Source: Candidatus Ozemobacteraceae bacterium (GTDB taxonomy: Bacteria; Muiribacteriota; Ozemobacteria; Ozemobacterales; Ozemobacteraceae). Taken from it: 64,000 nt of DNA. The stretch is taken from positions 4,576,001 to 4,640,000 of the forward strand of contig OZ223236.1 in assembly GCA_965140445.1 (NCBI GenBank). Direction: 5' to 3'. The first letter of the stretch is position 1; each line of letters starts with the position of its first letter. The notes under the pieces were generated by a model. It saw only the letters and a program-made list of their open reading frames with translations, did not search any database and was not told where the DNA came from. Shown here piece by piece: positions 18,649-28,262 of this stretch. The position numbers were made by a program, and so were the translations under genes.

Positions 18649-20049
18649 GTGAAAAATAAGGCCAAAAAACTTTTTTTCATAGCTCTAGTAGGGATTTCTT
18701 CGCTAGTAGCAGCAGAAACAGTTAATCATCAAAAGCATGCAGAAGAGGCTGGTTGTGCAACCTGTCATTTCGTCACCCCTGAAACACCATCCGGCTCGGC
18801 AACAGTTCAGGTTGAGCTAATAAAAAGCGCAGGCGAATGGTGCAAATCCTGCCATGACATGGAAGCCATGACCCTTCACCCAACGGGAGTTCTAGCATCA
18901 AATTCTGTTGGACTTCCCCTGGAAGAGGGAAAGTATATGAGCTGTCTGACCTGTCACTCTCCACACAATCCCCCATTGGCATCCGAACCCTGGGCTCCAC
19001 TTTCACTTTCTACAACCAAAGAGGGGCAATTTAAAACTTACATGCTAAATCATAAAAATGACAAAGGCCAACTCTGCCGCAAATGCCATTTAGACGACTC
19101 CACTCAGAGCAGAGCCAGTATGCACAGGCCCCGAGCTTTTTCAAACAGGGAGTATGCTGGCTCACAGTCTTGCAAAACCTGCCATACAGCCATTTTCAAT
19201 CAATGGGAAAAATCTTCCCACGCTAAAATGACCCGAACGCTACAGGAAGTTGAAAAAACAAGTCAAATTCCTGTTGAACAATTGGAATGGCCAAGAGAAA
19301 AGATCCTTTATGTCCTTGGCTCTCATTATGTTCAAAGATTTGTCGCCCAAGCTTCCGGAACGCTGGTGGTTCTCCCTAAGATTTGGGATATTTCTAAAAA
19401 AGAATGGCTGCCCATTAAGGATTACGGTTGGAAAAATCGTCAATGGCTCAAACAGTGCGCTGGATGTCATACGACCGGCTTCTCCTCAGAGAATGATAGT
19501 TTTTCAGAGCTCGGAGTTGCATGCGAAAGTTGTCATGGACCTGGCTTAAATCATTCTAGAACGGGTTCTAAGAGCTTTATCACATCTCTAAAAAATCTTT
19601 CACCAGATCGAAGAGAAATGGTTTGTGAATCATGCCACACATCAGGTCTGGATAATTCAGGGCAATACCACTTTCCTGTTGGATATAAACCAGGAGATGA
19701 TCTCACAAAATTTTATTCAGGCTTAACCCCAAAACCTGGCCAGGACCCGACAAATTTCTCTGGAGATGAGACTTACGAAGACAGAAGAAGGCAATGGGAT
19801 TTCTTGAAATCCAGATTGTTTTTAGCGCAAGGACTAACATGCGACTATTGTCAAAACTTCAGAGATTTTTCTTCAGAAAGCAATTCAGAATTTATGTCAG
19901 TAGATGAATATTGTATGACTTGTCATTCTGATAAAAAAAATCATCCGGAAGAATCTCCTGAAAAAAACTGCATTAGTTGCCACGCACCCACCCTTAATTC
20001 ATCGGGAACAATGTCTATCCACGACCATAAATTTTACTTCAAAAGATAG
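18649..20049 (+). CDS. Exported multiheme cytochrome c (10 CxxCH + 1 CxxCQ)
   Basis: Signal peptide; CATCH, CKSCH, CLTCH, CRKCH, CKTCH, CAGCH, CESCH x2, CMTCH, CISCH and variant CDYCQ; paired-CxxCH-type N-domain and c554-like C-domain (YAGSQSCKTCH..W..S.HA, GVACESCHGPG). Confidence 0.93.
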   Translation: MKNKAKKLFFIALVGISSLVAAETVNHQKHAEEAGCATCHFVTPETPSGSATVQVELIKSAGEWCKSCHDMEAMTLHPTGVLASNSVGLPLEEGKYMSCLTCHSPHNPPLASEPWAPLSLSTTKEGQFKTYMLNHKNDKGQLCRKCHLDDSTQSRASMHRPRAFSNREYAGSQSCKTCHTAIFNQWEKSSHAKMTRTLQEVEKTSQIPVEQLEWPREKILYVLGSHYVQRFVAQASGTLVVLPKIWDISKKEWLPIKDYGWKNRQWLKQCAGCHTTGFSSENDSFSELGVACESCHGPGLNHSRTGSKSFITSLKNLSPDRREMVCESCHTSGLDNSGQYHFPVGYKPGDDLTKFYSGLTPKPGQDPTNFSGDETYEDRRRQWDFLKSRLFLAQGLTCDYCQNFRDFSSESNSEFMSVDEYCMTCHSDKKNHPEESPEKNCISCHAPTLNSSGTMSIHDHKFYFKR

Positions 20050-20053
20050 ACAC

Positions 20054-20083
20054 TTGTACTAACTAGAATTGCTGTGATAGTAT
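20054..20083 (+). promoter_or_regulatory. Putative extended -10 promoter of the hemX-hem operon
   Basis: TTGTAC-18 nt-TAGTAT with TGn extension; ATG 20091 lies 7 nt downstream, no SD. Confidence 0.4.
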
Positions 20084-20090
20084 TTTCAAA

Positions 20091-20906
20091 ATGCTATCTC
20101 TTACACTATCCATAAGTCTATTTTATGTCGTTGCAACCTATTTCCGAATACGAGAAAAGGTTGCAGGTTCTACAATGCAGAAGCATTCGACAATCTCTCT
20201 TTCTATAGGCTTAATACTGCAGTGGACACTTTCAATTTACTGCCTGAGAGAATTTTCGGATGAATTTCAAATTAAATTTATTCTTATCATTTCATCGACA
20301 TGTCTTACGACAATTAGTGCTTTAATAGAGATTTTTACTAAAGAAACATATTTTTCTATTTTCACAATACCAGGCGCAATAATATTAATGTTGTGTGCTC
20401 ATTTATCTTTTGTAACTGTTCCAGGAAGCTATTTTGGGCAAACCTGGTTTCGTTTACATTTAATACTGTCGATTACCGGGGAATGTTTTTTCTTTCTGGC
20501 TGCCTTAGCTTCCTTAACATATTTCAGGGTAGTAAAACGTTTGAAAAAGAAAAATAGAATTAAAGATCTTTCGTTTTTCCCTCCACTTAAAAGAATTGAG
20601 GAATTAACCAGAAAGTTTATTCAAGTTGGAACCTTTTTCTTTTTCTTCGGTTTGACTTTGGGCTTTTATGGACAATTCAGCCAGTTTAATTTTTTTGAGC
20701 CGGGACTTAAGCATGTCCTGTCGCTTGTAGTTTTCATCTATTTTGCAATAATTTCAATTTTCAATTCCAAACTAAAACTTGCCGGAAATCGTTTAGCAAC
20801 CCTTGCCATGTTCGGTTTCATTCTGTCTTTAATTTTAATTATATTCCCGGGAAATGCTAACCATTGGGCTCCAAATCAATTATCACAAAAGGAATTAATA
20901 AAATGA
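20091..20906 (+). CDS. Cytochrome c assembly family membrane protein (HemX/YpjD-like CcsA homolog)
   Basis: About 8 TM; WFRLHLILS, PPLKRIEEL, GLTLG..., K-H-V-L-S; lacks the WGxxWxWD (WWD) motif; upstream of hemA. Confidence 0.75.
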   Translation: MLSLTLSISLFYVVATYFRIREKVAGSTMQKHSTISLSIGLILQWTLSIYCLREFSDEFQIKFILIISSTCLTTISALIEIFTKETYFSIFTIPGAIILMLCAHLSFVTVPGSYFGQTWFRLHLILSITGECFFFLAALASLTYFRVVKRLKKKNRIKDLSFFPPLKRIEELTRKFIQVGTFFFFFGLTLGFYGQFSQFNFFEPGLKHVLSLVVFIYFAIISIFNSKLKLAGNRLATLAMFGFILSLILIIFPGNANHWAPNQLSQKELIK

Positions 20907-21520
20907 ATTTAATTCCTGTATTTTTAAATTTAAAGGGCAAAAAAATCCTGATTATTGGCGGAGGCAAAATCGCTTTGCGAAAGGCCAAATATTTTGAAAA
21001 TAGTGAAGCCGATATTACAATTATTTCTCCGGAATTCGATGAAGAATTGCAAAAGAGCAATCACTTGCTGATCAAGAGAAAAGCTTCTGAATCAGATATT
21101 TGCAATGACTTTTCGCTGGTAGTATTGGCTACAAATTCAGAAATAACTAATAAAACCCTGGCTGAAAAAGCAGAATCATTAGGAATATTATTCAATACAG
21201 TTGATCAATCCTTTGAAAATAGATTCAATACCTGCTCCAGGATTGATAAATACCCATTGCATATCGGAATTGTTTCTTCAGGGGCGCCAACTGTTTCACA
21301 AATAGTTAAATCAGAAATTCTTCCATTAATAGATGACAGTATTATTGAATTTGCAAATTTAGCAATTGAAATCCGTCAAAAGCTTAAAAGAAGCACACTT
21401 AATGAAGATGAACGAAAGGCCATTTTTAAAAACTTTTTTTCAGCAAATAAACTATTAGAAGTAAAAAAAACAGGCATCAGCAAACTTAGGGAGGAAATAG
21501 AATCATGCCTCTCCTGTTAA
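20903..21520 (+). CDS. sirC: Precorrin-2 dehydrogenase / sirohydrochlorin ferrochelatase (SirC/Met8p/CysG N-terminal)
   Basis: PVFLNLKGKKILIIGGGKIALRK, LATN, FNTVD; start 20903 overlaps upstream stop. Confidence 0.88.
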   Translation: MNLIPVFLNLKGKKILIIGGGKIALRKAKYFENSEADITIISPEFDEELQKSNHLLIKRKASESDICNDFSLVVLATNSEITNKTLAEKAESLGILFNTVDQSFENRFNTCSRIDKYPLHIGIVSSGAPTVSQIVKSEILPLIDDSIIEFANLAIEIRQKLKRSTLNEDERKAIFKNFFSANKLLEVKKTGISKLREEIESCLSC

Positions 21521-22800
21521 TTGGACTAAATCATAAAACAGCCCCAATAGCTGTCAGAGAAAAATTAGCCCAACTCTGCGGGATTCCAATCCCAGAAGTT
21601 GATGGTTTCAACTTAGAAGCAGTGCCCGTTTTCACCTGCAACAGAGTGGAAATTTACTTCTCAGGAAACCCAGAAATAGCCAAGCGAAGCTTTATTTCCC
21701 TATTGCAAACTCAAGATTTAAATTACGATTTGTTTTCAGAACATTTCTATGAGCTAGAGGGAATAGAAGCCGTAAAACATTTATTTGGAGTTGCTGCCGG
21801 ATTGGATTCAATGATTCTTGGTGAAAACCAAATTTTGCATCAGCTTAAAGAATCTTATAAGTATTCCACTGGAGAAAATATAGTAGGAAAACAGCTACAC
21901 ACTTTGTTCCAAAAAGCCCTTGAGGTTGGGAAAAAAGTTAGAAACGAAACAGCTATTTCAGAAAATAAGGTATCCATTGCCTCCGCAGCAGTGGATCTGG
22001 CAAAAAAAATATTCGGCCCACTGAAAAATTCTGTGGCTTTAATTATAGGAGCAGGTGAAATGGCTTCTTTGGTGGCAACTCACCTCAAGGAAAGTGGTAT
22101 TTCTAAGATGTATTTTATAAACAGAACCACGGAAAAAGCCAAAGAATTCGCACAAAAATTTGATGGTTTCTATGCTGAAGCTGAAGAGCTGGAAAAACTT
22201 CTCTCCGTGGCAGACATCTGTATAACTTCTACTGGTGCTCCAGGAACCATTATTAAATTCGAGCAAATGAAAAGGGTAATGAATAGTCGGAATGGAAACC
22301 CGATGTTTGCAATAGACATAGCAGTTCCTAGAGACATCGACGAAGAATGCCAAAATATTCCCTCTTTATTTCTTTACGATGTTGACGACCTCCAAAGCGT
22401 GGTTGACGAAAACCTTAATTGCCGAAAAATAGAAGCAGAAAAAGCCAGAACTATTGTCAATTATGAATCTTCTGAATTTCAACTTACTCAGCAATCCTAC
22501 ACTGTTATTCCTTTAATTAGAGGATTAAGAGAAAGAGCCGAAGAAATCCGACTAAAAGAAGTTGAAAAGTTTTTATCCCAGAACTCATCTCTTGAAGCAG
22601 AAATAGTTGAAAGCTTTATTGCATGCAGTAAAAGTTTAATGGCAAAGCTTATCCATGATCAAATCATAAACCTAAAGAAACAGGGATCAGCTGACAAAAA
22701 GGATCTAAAGCTGATTTCTGAAATACTTGGGCTGGCTTCACAGAAAATTTCTGAAATACCAATAAGAGAATTGGAAAAAAAACAAAGAGAATCAGTATGA
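21505..22800 (+). CDS. hemA: Glutamyl-tRNA reductase
   Basis: GLNHKTAP, TCNRVE, GLDSMILGENQI, IGAGEM, DIAVPRDI. Confidence 0.97.
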   Translation: MPLLLIGLNHKTAPIAVREKLAQLCGIPIPEVDGFNLEAVPVFTCNRVEIYFSGNPEIAKRSFISLLQTQDLNYDLFSEHFYELEGIEAVKHLFGVAAGLDSMILGENQILHQLKESYKYSTGENIVGKQLHTLFQKALEVGKKVRNETAISENKVSIASAAVDLAKKIFGPLKNSVALIIGAGEMASLVATHLKESGISKMYFINRTTEKAKEFAQKFDGFYAEAEELEKLLSVADICITSTGAPGTIIKFEQMKRVMNSRNGNPMFAIDIAVPRDIDEECQNIPSLFLYDVDDLQSVVDENLNCRKIEAEKARTIVNYESSEFQLTQQSYTVIPLIRGLRERAEEIRLKEVEKFLSQNSSLEAEIVESFIACSKSLMAKLIHDQIINLKKQGSADKKDLKLISEILGLASQKISEIPIRELEKKQRESV

Positions 22801-23714
22801 AAATAAAATTTGGCACTCGAGGAAGCAAGCTAGCCCTGCTTCAAACTAGAACAGTTATTAAAGAAATCCTAATTAATCAAGAAATTCAGGCTGAAGAAGT
22901 AATAATAAAAACACTTGGCGACAAAGTTCAAGATGTTCCTCTTTTTAAAGTGGGCGGGCAGGGTCTATTTATTAAAGAAATAGAAAATTCTCTTTTAAAT
23001 GGAAAAATAGACATCGCGGTCCACAGTTTAAAAGATGTGCCACATAAAATAGCAGATGGATTAGCAATTCTAGCTTTTTGTTTGCCAGAAGACCCACGCG
23101 ATGCATTTCTGTCCAACGACTTTGCATCACTGGAAGAATTACCAAACGGCGCAACAGTTGGAACATCAAGTTTACGCCGCCGCGCTCAACTATCAATTAT
23201 CAGGCCAGATTTAAATTTTACTGATTATCGCGGAAACCTTGACACTCGACTAGCAAAGCTGGAAGCAAGAGATGTAGATGCAATTATTTTGGCAGCTGCG
23301 GGTCTAAATCGATCCGATTTACAGGATAAAATAAAAAGTCATTTTCCAATTGATGTTTTAACACCACCTGCCGGGCAAGGCATAGTAGCACTGGAGTGCA
23401 GAAAAACAGACTATGAAAAATTCCTCCCTTTGGTTTCAAAATTGATTTGCCCGGATTCGCAAATTAGAGCAAAATCAGAGCGAGCATTTTTGGAAAAGCT
23501 TCAGGGTGGCTGTCAAACGCCAATGGCTGTATTTGCAGCGGTCAAGGGTGAGAATATAATGCTGGAAACTTTTATAGGAAATCCTGATGGATCAAATGCA
23601 ATAAGAAAGACATTTTATGGACACATTTCAAGCCCAGAAGGCCTGGGCAAACTTGCAGCAGAAAAGCTAATTGAACTTGGAGCAAAAATTTTCATACCAG
23701 GAGCCAACCAGTAA
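22797..23714 (+). CDS. hemC: Hydroxymethylbilane synthase
   Basis: GTRGSKLA, AVHSLKDVP, GTSSLRR, RGNLDTRL, GGCQTP. Confidence 0.97.
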   Translation: MKIKFGTRGSKLALLQTRTVIKEILINQEIQAEEVIIKTLGDKVQDVPLFKVGGQGLFIKEIENSLLNGKIDIAVHSLKDVPHKIADGLAILAFCLPEDPRDAFLSNDFASLEELPNGATVGTSSLRRRAQLSIIRPDLNFTDYRGNLDTRLAKLEARDVDAIILAAAGLNRSDLQDKIKSHFPIDVLTPPAGQGIVALECRKTDYEKFLPLVSKLICPDSQIRAKSERAFLEKLQGGCQTPMAVFAAVKGENIMLETFIGNPDGSNAIRKTFYGHISSPEGLGKLAAEKLIELGAKIFIPGANQ

Positions 23715-23715
23715 A

Positions 23716-25230
23716 ATGAAAGAAACAGGTAAAGTATTTTTAGTCGGCGCCGGGCCGGGACATCCTGGAATGATTACCGTTCGAGGTCTGGAACTTGTAA
23801 AAAATGCTGATGTAATTGTTTACGATCAACTGGGAACTGCTAATTTTATAAAAGAAGCCAAGGAAAGCTGTGAATTAATTGACGTAGGCAAAAGAGCTGG
23901 CAAACATACCCTTCCCCAGGAAGAAATCAATGAGCTTCTTGTAAAAAAAGCCACTGAAGGTCTTAGTGTTGTAAGACTGAAGGGTGGAGATCCAATGGTG
24001 TTTGGTCGAGGCGGTGAAGAACTACAACGACTTCATAAATCGATGATCCCCTTTGAGATAGTTCCAGGAATTACTTCAGCGATCTCAGCTCCTGAATTTG
24101 CAGGCATTCCTGTTACTCATAGAGACTTTACCTCAACTGTAGCATTTATTACCGGTCATGAATCTGCAAAACAAGACTCTTCAATAGACTGGAATGCATT
24201 GAGCAAAATTGGAACCCTGGTATTTTTAATGGGAGTAAAAAATCTCCCCACAATCGTAAAAAAGCTAATAGAAGCTGGGGTTCCAGCCAACAGACCAATT
24301 GCGCTAATACAAAATGGATCGCTTCCAATCCAAAAAACCGTAACAGGAACATTAGAAACAATAGTAAAAGTAGTTGAAGAAGGTGGAATAAAAGCCCCGG
24401 CAATAACAATTGTTGGAGAAGTAGTAAGCTTAAGACCGGTAATGAAATGGTTTGAAGATAAACCTCTTTTCGGAAAAACAATTGTTGTAACGAGATCAAG
24501 GCATCAGGCGAGCGCATTAAGCAAAGAACTCGAAGCCCTTGGTGCAAATGTAATTGAATGTCCTGCCATAAAAATAAAACAGATTAAAAATTCAGATGAG
24601 TTTTCAGAGTTTTTTAAAAACTTTGAAACTTTCAGTCATTTGATTTTTACATCAATAAATGGAGTTGAAGGTTTCATTACCTCACTTCTAGATAGAAAAA
24701 TGGATTTACGCAGTCTATCTGGGAAAAAAATCGTCTGCATAGGGCCTGCAACAGCAGAGGGCTTTAAATCAAGGGGTATAATTCCAGATTTTATTCCAGA
24801 AACCTTTATTGCAGAATCAATTATTCCATTCTTTGAAAACAAACAAAAATTAAATATCGCAATACTTAGAGCAGAAAAAGCAAGAAAGGTTTTACCACAG
24901 GAACTGGAGAAGCTTGGACATGTAGTACAAGTTATAAATGTATATAAGACTGAATTAGAAGCGGCAGCAACTGAATCGTTTATTGCGGCATCAGAAAACG
25001 GCAAAATTGATTTGGTAACTTTTACAAGCTCTTCCACTGTTGACGGATATATAAAAATCCTGGAAGCAAATAATATTGAAAAAAAACAATTCAAGGGCAT
25101 TGCAATTGGACCCATTACGGCAAAAACAGCGGAAGATTATGGAATTGATTTAGCTGCAACCGCAGATGAATATACAGTTCCAGGGCTTGTCGCCAAAATA
25201 CTTGAATATTTTAGGAATAAAAATGATTAA
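23716..25230 (+). CDS. cobA: Fused uroporphyrinogen-III C-methyltransferase / uroporphyrinogen-III synthase (CobA-HemD)
   Basis: VFLVGAGPG, RLKGGDP.VFGRGGEE, VPGITS; C-half IVVTRS, FTSINGV, IGPATA, FTSSSTV; start 23716. Confidence 0.95.
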   Translation: MKETGKVFLVGAGPGHPGMITVRGLELVKNADVIVYDQLGTANFIKEAKESCELIDVGKRAGKHTLPQEEINELLVKKATEGLSVVRLKGGDPMVFGRGGEELQRLHKSMIPFEIVPGITSAISAPEFAGIPVTHRDFTSTVAFITGHESAKQDSSIDWNALSKIGTLVFLMGVKNLPTIVKKLIEAGVPANRPIALIQNGSLPIQKTVTGTLETIVKVVEEGGIKAPAITIVGEVVSLRPVMKWFEDKPLFGKTIVVTRSRHQASALSKELEALGANVIECPAIKIKQIKNSDEFSEFFKNFETFSHLIFTSINGVEGFITSLLDRKMDLRSLSGKKIVCIGPATAEGFKSRGIIPDFIPETFIAESIIPFFENKQKLNIAILRAEKARKVLPQELEKLGHVVQVINVYKTELEAAATESFIAASENGKIDLVTFTSSSTVDGYIKILEANNIEKKQFKGIAIGPITAKTAEDYGIDLAATADEYTVPGLVAKILEYFRNKND

Positions 25231-26431
25231 TATAAGTAGAATTTATGCAGGTCATGAAACAACTGGGGATCCAATTAGATACGGTAAAAAAGGGGCCATA
25301 AATGTAGCCCACAGCCACAAATTTACCGGGCACGGAATACCAAAAACTGCTGGAGAAAGAAGACCTGTTGTCGTATGGAATGTTACAAGGGCATGTAACC
25401 TGAAATGCGTTCATTGCTACACAGATTCAAACTCTTCAAAGGCACCAGACGAGTTAACGCTAGAAGAAGGTAAAAAGCTAATAACAAATTTAGCGGATTT
25501 CAAGATCCCCGCATTACTTTTTTCAGGTGGAGAGCCAATTGTCAGGAAAGACCTTTTCGAACTGGCTGAATTTGCAGTTAAAAGTGGCTTAAGACCTGTT
25601 TTATCTACAAATGGAACTCTAATCACCAAAGAAATTGCCAAAAAACTTAAAGACACTGGTTTTATCTACGTCGGAATTTCTCTTGACGGTATTGGGGCGA
25701 CCAACGACAAATTCAGAGGCGTAGAAGGAGCATTTGAAAAAGCCATGCAAGGCTTCCATAATTGTCGAGAAGTCGAACAGCGAGTAGGACTAAGACTAAC
25801 CCTTACCAAAAGAAACTTTCTTGATCTGGATAAAATTTTTGACTTCATTCTTGAAAACAATATTCCAAGGGCATGTTTCTACCACCTGGTATATTCAGGA
25901 AGAGGCAAGTCTGCAGATGATCTGACCCACGAAGAAACCCGTCAAGCATTGGATGTCATTTGTAAAAGAACCAAAATGGCAATAGATTCAGGAATTGATC
26001 TAGATATTCTTACAGTAGACAACCATGTTGATGGTCCTTACATTTACCTGAAACTTCTAGAAGAAAGCCCAAAACAAGCTGAAGAAGTAAAAAAAATGCT
26101 TGAGTGGAATGGTGGCGGCAGATTTTCGACTGGTGTTGGAATTGGCGACATAGACTGGGCAGGGAATGTGCATCCTGATCAATTCTGGCAAGATGAGAAT
26201 CTTGGCAATGTTAAAGAACGCCCCTTTTCGGAGATTTGGATGGATGAATCCAACCAATTACTCAAAGGCTTAAAGAATCGTCTACCTTTACTAAAAGGCA
26301 AGTGCTCCAAATGCAGATTCCTTAAAATGTGTGGCGGGTCATTAAGAGTAAGGGCTAAAAGAGTTTACGATGACCCGTGGATGCCTGACCCAGCTTGTTA
26401 TCTAACAGAGGAAGAAATTAAAAGTAAATAG
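25223..26431 (+). CDS. ahbC: Radical SAM/SPASM 12,18-didecarboxysiroheme deacetylase (Fe-coproporphyrin III synthase)
   Basis: MINISRIY N-terminus, RPVVVWN..RACNLKCVHCY, FYHLVYSGRG, LTVDNHVDG, HPDQFW, C-terminal CxxCxxxxxC; heme operon. Confidence 0.88.
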   Translation: MINISRIYAGHETTGDPIRYGKKGAINVAHSHKFTGHGIPKTAGERRPVVVWNVTRACNLKCVHCYTDSNSSKAPDELTLEEGKKLITNLADFKIPALLFSGGEPIVRKDLFELAEFAVKSGLRPVLSTNGTLITKEIAKKLKDTGFIYVGISLDGIGATNDKFRGVEGAFEKAMQGFHNCREVEQRVGLRLTLTKRNFLDLDKIFDFILENNIPRACFYHLVYSGRGKSADDLTHEETRQALDVICKRTKMAIDSGIDLDILTVDNHVDGPYIYLKLLEESPKQAEEVKKMLEWNGGGRFSTGVGIGDIDWAGNVHPDQFWQDENLGNVKERPFSEIWMDESNQLLKGLKNRLPLLKGKCSKCRFLKMCGGSLRVRAKRVYDDPWMPDPACYLTEEEIKSK

Positions 26432-26491
26432 TGCTAAATCCAGTGATTAATATGCCGATATCTCTATTACCTGAGATATTGAGAGAGAAAA

Positions 26492-26758
26492 ATGAAAATC
26501 GCTGGAATATTTTTACTGTTTATGCTTTTTACAGGCGGCTTTGCTGCTTCTCAAGCACTATTTTATGCTCTGACAGGCAGACTTTACTGGAGAGCTTTTT
26601 GCCCTACTCAAGTCAGGTTTTCGATAAAAACAAAAGATAAAGTTAAATTTGACTCTTTCATGGCTGTTGAAGAGTATTCGGCAGTAATTTTGTTGGGCTC
26701 CTTCCTTTTGTTGCCCATTATCGCGATGAACTCCATAGGATTTGTAAGCTTTTTTTAA
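26492..26758 (+). CDS. Small hypothetical two-TM membrane protein
   Basis: 88 aa, two hydrophobic segments, purine-rich upstream region. Confidence 0.5.
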   Translation: MKIAGIFLLFMLFTGGFAASQALFYALTGRLYWRAFCPTQVRFSIKTKDKVKFDSFMAVEEYSAVILLGSFLLLPIIAMNSIGFVSFF

Positions 26759-26854
26759 GTTTCGGTACACTTTTTTTTTATTTTTGTTGACGAAAAGAAA
26801 AAGCATGTGATAAAACTTAATTCACAAATATCTCAGGAGGATTATTTTTTAATC

Positions 26855-28138
26855 ATGAAAAAGCTTTTCGTTATTCTTCTTCTCGTAGCTCTCGTACCTT
26901 TTACTACTGGTTGTAATGGACTTTGGGATTTTGACAGTGATAATGACTCAAATGTAGCTTATACTACCCTCACTTCTAAAGCTACCCTTCCTTCAGCAGC
27001 TATTTCAGCTGGCGCAAGCATTCGTGGTGCAGCTTCTTACACTGGCCTCACAATGAAAGTTGGAAACATCACTCTTCCAGCTACTGGCGCTGTTGACAAT
27101 GGTGATGGTACCACTACAGTAACTTTCACAAAATCAGTAACCACAACTGAAGCTGCTACAGTAACTGGAAATGTTCCTGCAACAGTAAGCCAAGGTGCAA
27201 CTGCAATCGTTACAGTTACACTTACTCTTGGAACATCTCAGGCTTCACAGGTTGGAGTTGTAATTAACGGAACTGTAAGTGCAACTGGCGTTCTCACAGT
27301 AACTAGCGTAAGTGCAACTTATGTTCCAACTGGAAGCACAACAGCAACTACAGCTACTACAACAGTAACAGCTACTGGAACCATTACAGTTTCAACTTTC
27401 AAAGTAACTGGTGTAGCTTATGGCGCAACTGCTCTTACAACTACAACTACTAACGCACCTGTAGTTAACGTTGCAAATCCTAGTTTTGCAGTAACTTTTG
27501 ACAAAGTTCTCCCAACTACTTTAACTTCAGCTAACACAACTTGGACTCTTAGAGTAACTAACGAATCCAGCACAACAACTCCAAAAAGTTATTTTGATCT
27601 TACCAACACAGCTAACTCTGCACTCTTCACAGTAGCAGTTGCCAGCAACGTTGCAACAATCAAACTCAACACTGACACAGCCAAGAAACTTACAGCTGGA
27701 AAAACTTACAGTGTTCAACTTCTTGCCAACAACATTAAAGACAGCGCTGGAACTCTCTTAGACACTCCACAGTCTAAATACTACTTCACCACTGGTTCAG
27801 CTCTTGCTACTACAGTTACTACTCTTAGTTCTGTAACAGATACAATTGCTTCTGGAACTGGTAAACAACTCACTCTTACTTTCTCAGCTGCTGTAAAAAG
27901 TGCTCCTGAAGCTGGATCAACAGTAACTATCGCTAAAACTGGCGGATCAACTGTAACTCTCACTTCAACTAGCTCTGACATCACAATCACTCAGCCTGGT
28001 AGCACAAGCCAAGCTGTTATCACTATCAACAAAGCTATCACAGCAGGAACTTACACTGTAAGCGTTACTGCTGGTGAGTGGAAAGATCTTACTGGTAACC
28101 CAGTAGAAACTTCAGTAAAAACTTTCACAGTTAACTAA
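26855..28138 (+). CDS. Thr/Ala/Val-rich lipoprotein with two C-terminal Ig-like (Big_5/SbsA-type) domains; candidate major surface protein
   Basis: RBS CAGGAGG, lipobox MKKLFVILLLVALVPFTTG-C; motifs VTFDKVL..LTAGKTYSV..IKDSAG and LTFSAAV..AGTYTVSV..KDLTGNPV; strong ACT/ACA/GCT/GTA codon bias; own terminator. Confidence 0.8.
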   Translation: MKKLFVILLLVALVPFTTGCNGLWDFDSDNDSNVAYTTLTSKATLPSAAISAGASIRGAASYTGLTMKVGNITLPATGAVDNGDGTTTVTFTKSVTTTEAATVTGNVPATVSQGATAIVTVTLTLGTSQASQVGVVINGTVSATGVLTVTSVSATYVPTGSTTATTATTTVTATGTITVSTFKVTGVAYGATALTTTTTNAPVVNVANPSFAVTFDKVLPTTLTSANTTWTLRVTNESSTTTPKSYFDLTNTANSALFTVAVASNVATIKLNTDTAKKLTAGKTYSVQLLANNIKDSAGTLLDTPQSKYYFTTGSALATTVTTLSSVTDTIASGTGKQLTLTFSAAVKSAPEAGSTVTIAKTGGSTVTLTSTSSDITITQPGSTSQAVITINKAITAGTYTVSVTAGEWKDLTGNPVETSVKTFTVN

Positions 28139-28149
28139 GACTTAACTTT

Positions 28150-28183
28150 AAAAATCCCTCGGCTCTGCCGGGGGATTTTTTTT
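28150..28183 (+). terminator. Rho-independent terminator
   Basis: AAAAATCCCTCGGC-TCT-GCCGGGGGATTTTTTTT. Confidence 0.85.
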
Positions 28184-28262
28184 ATGCCAACAATTTCTCC
28201 ATCCCCTTTACTTTGCTTTTTCGTTTTGTTACTATCCTGCATAGTTTAATTTTCGCGGGGAT

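Noticed and set aside
20091..20906. Canonical system II heme lyase CcsA
   Set aside because: WWD motif absent and no ccsB partner in the window; better described as HemX/YpjD-like
24149..25115. Antisense ORFs of 132 and 159 aa inside cobA/hemD, and the many other 60-130 aa overlapping ORFs in the track
   Set aside because: They lie within well-supported genes on the opposite strand or frame, with no motifs or RBS; treated as shadow ORFs
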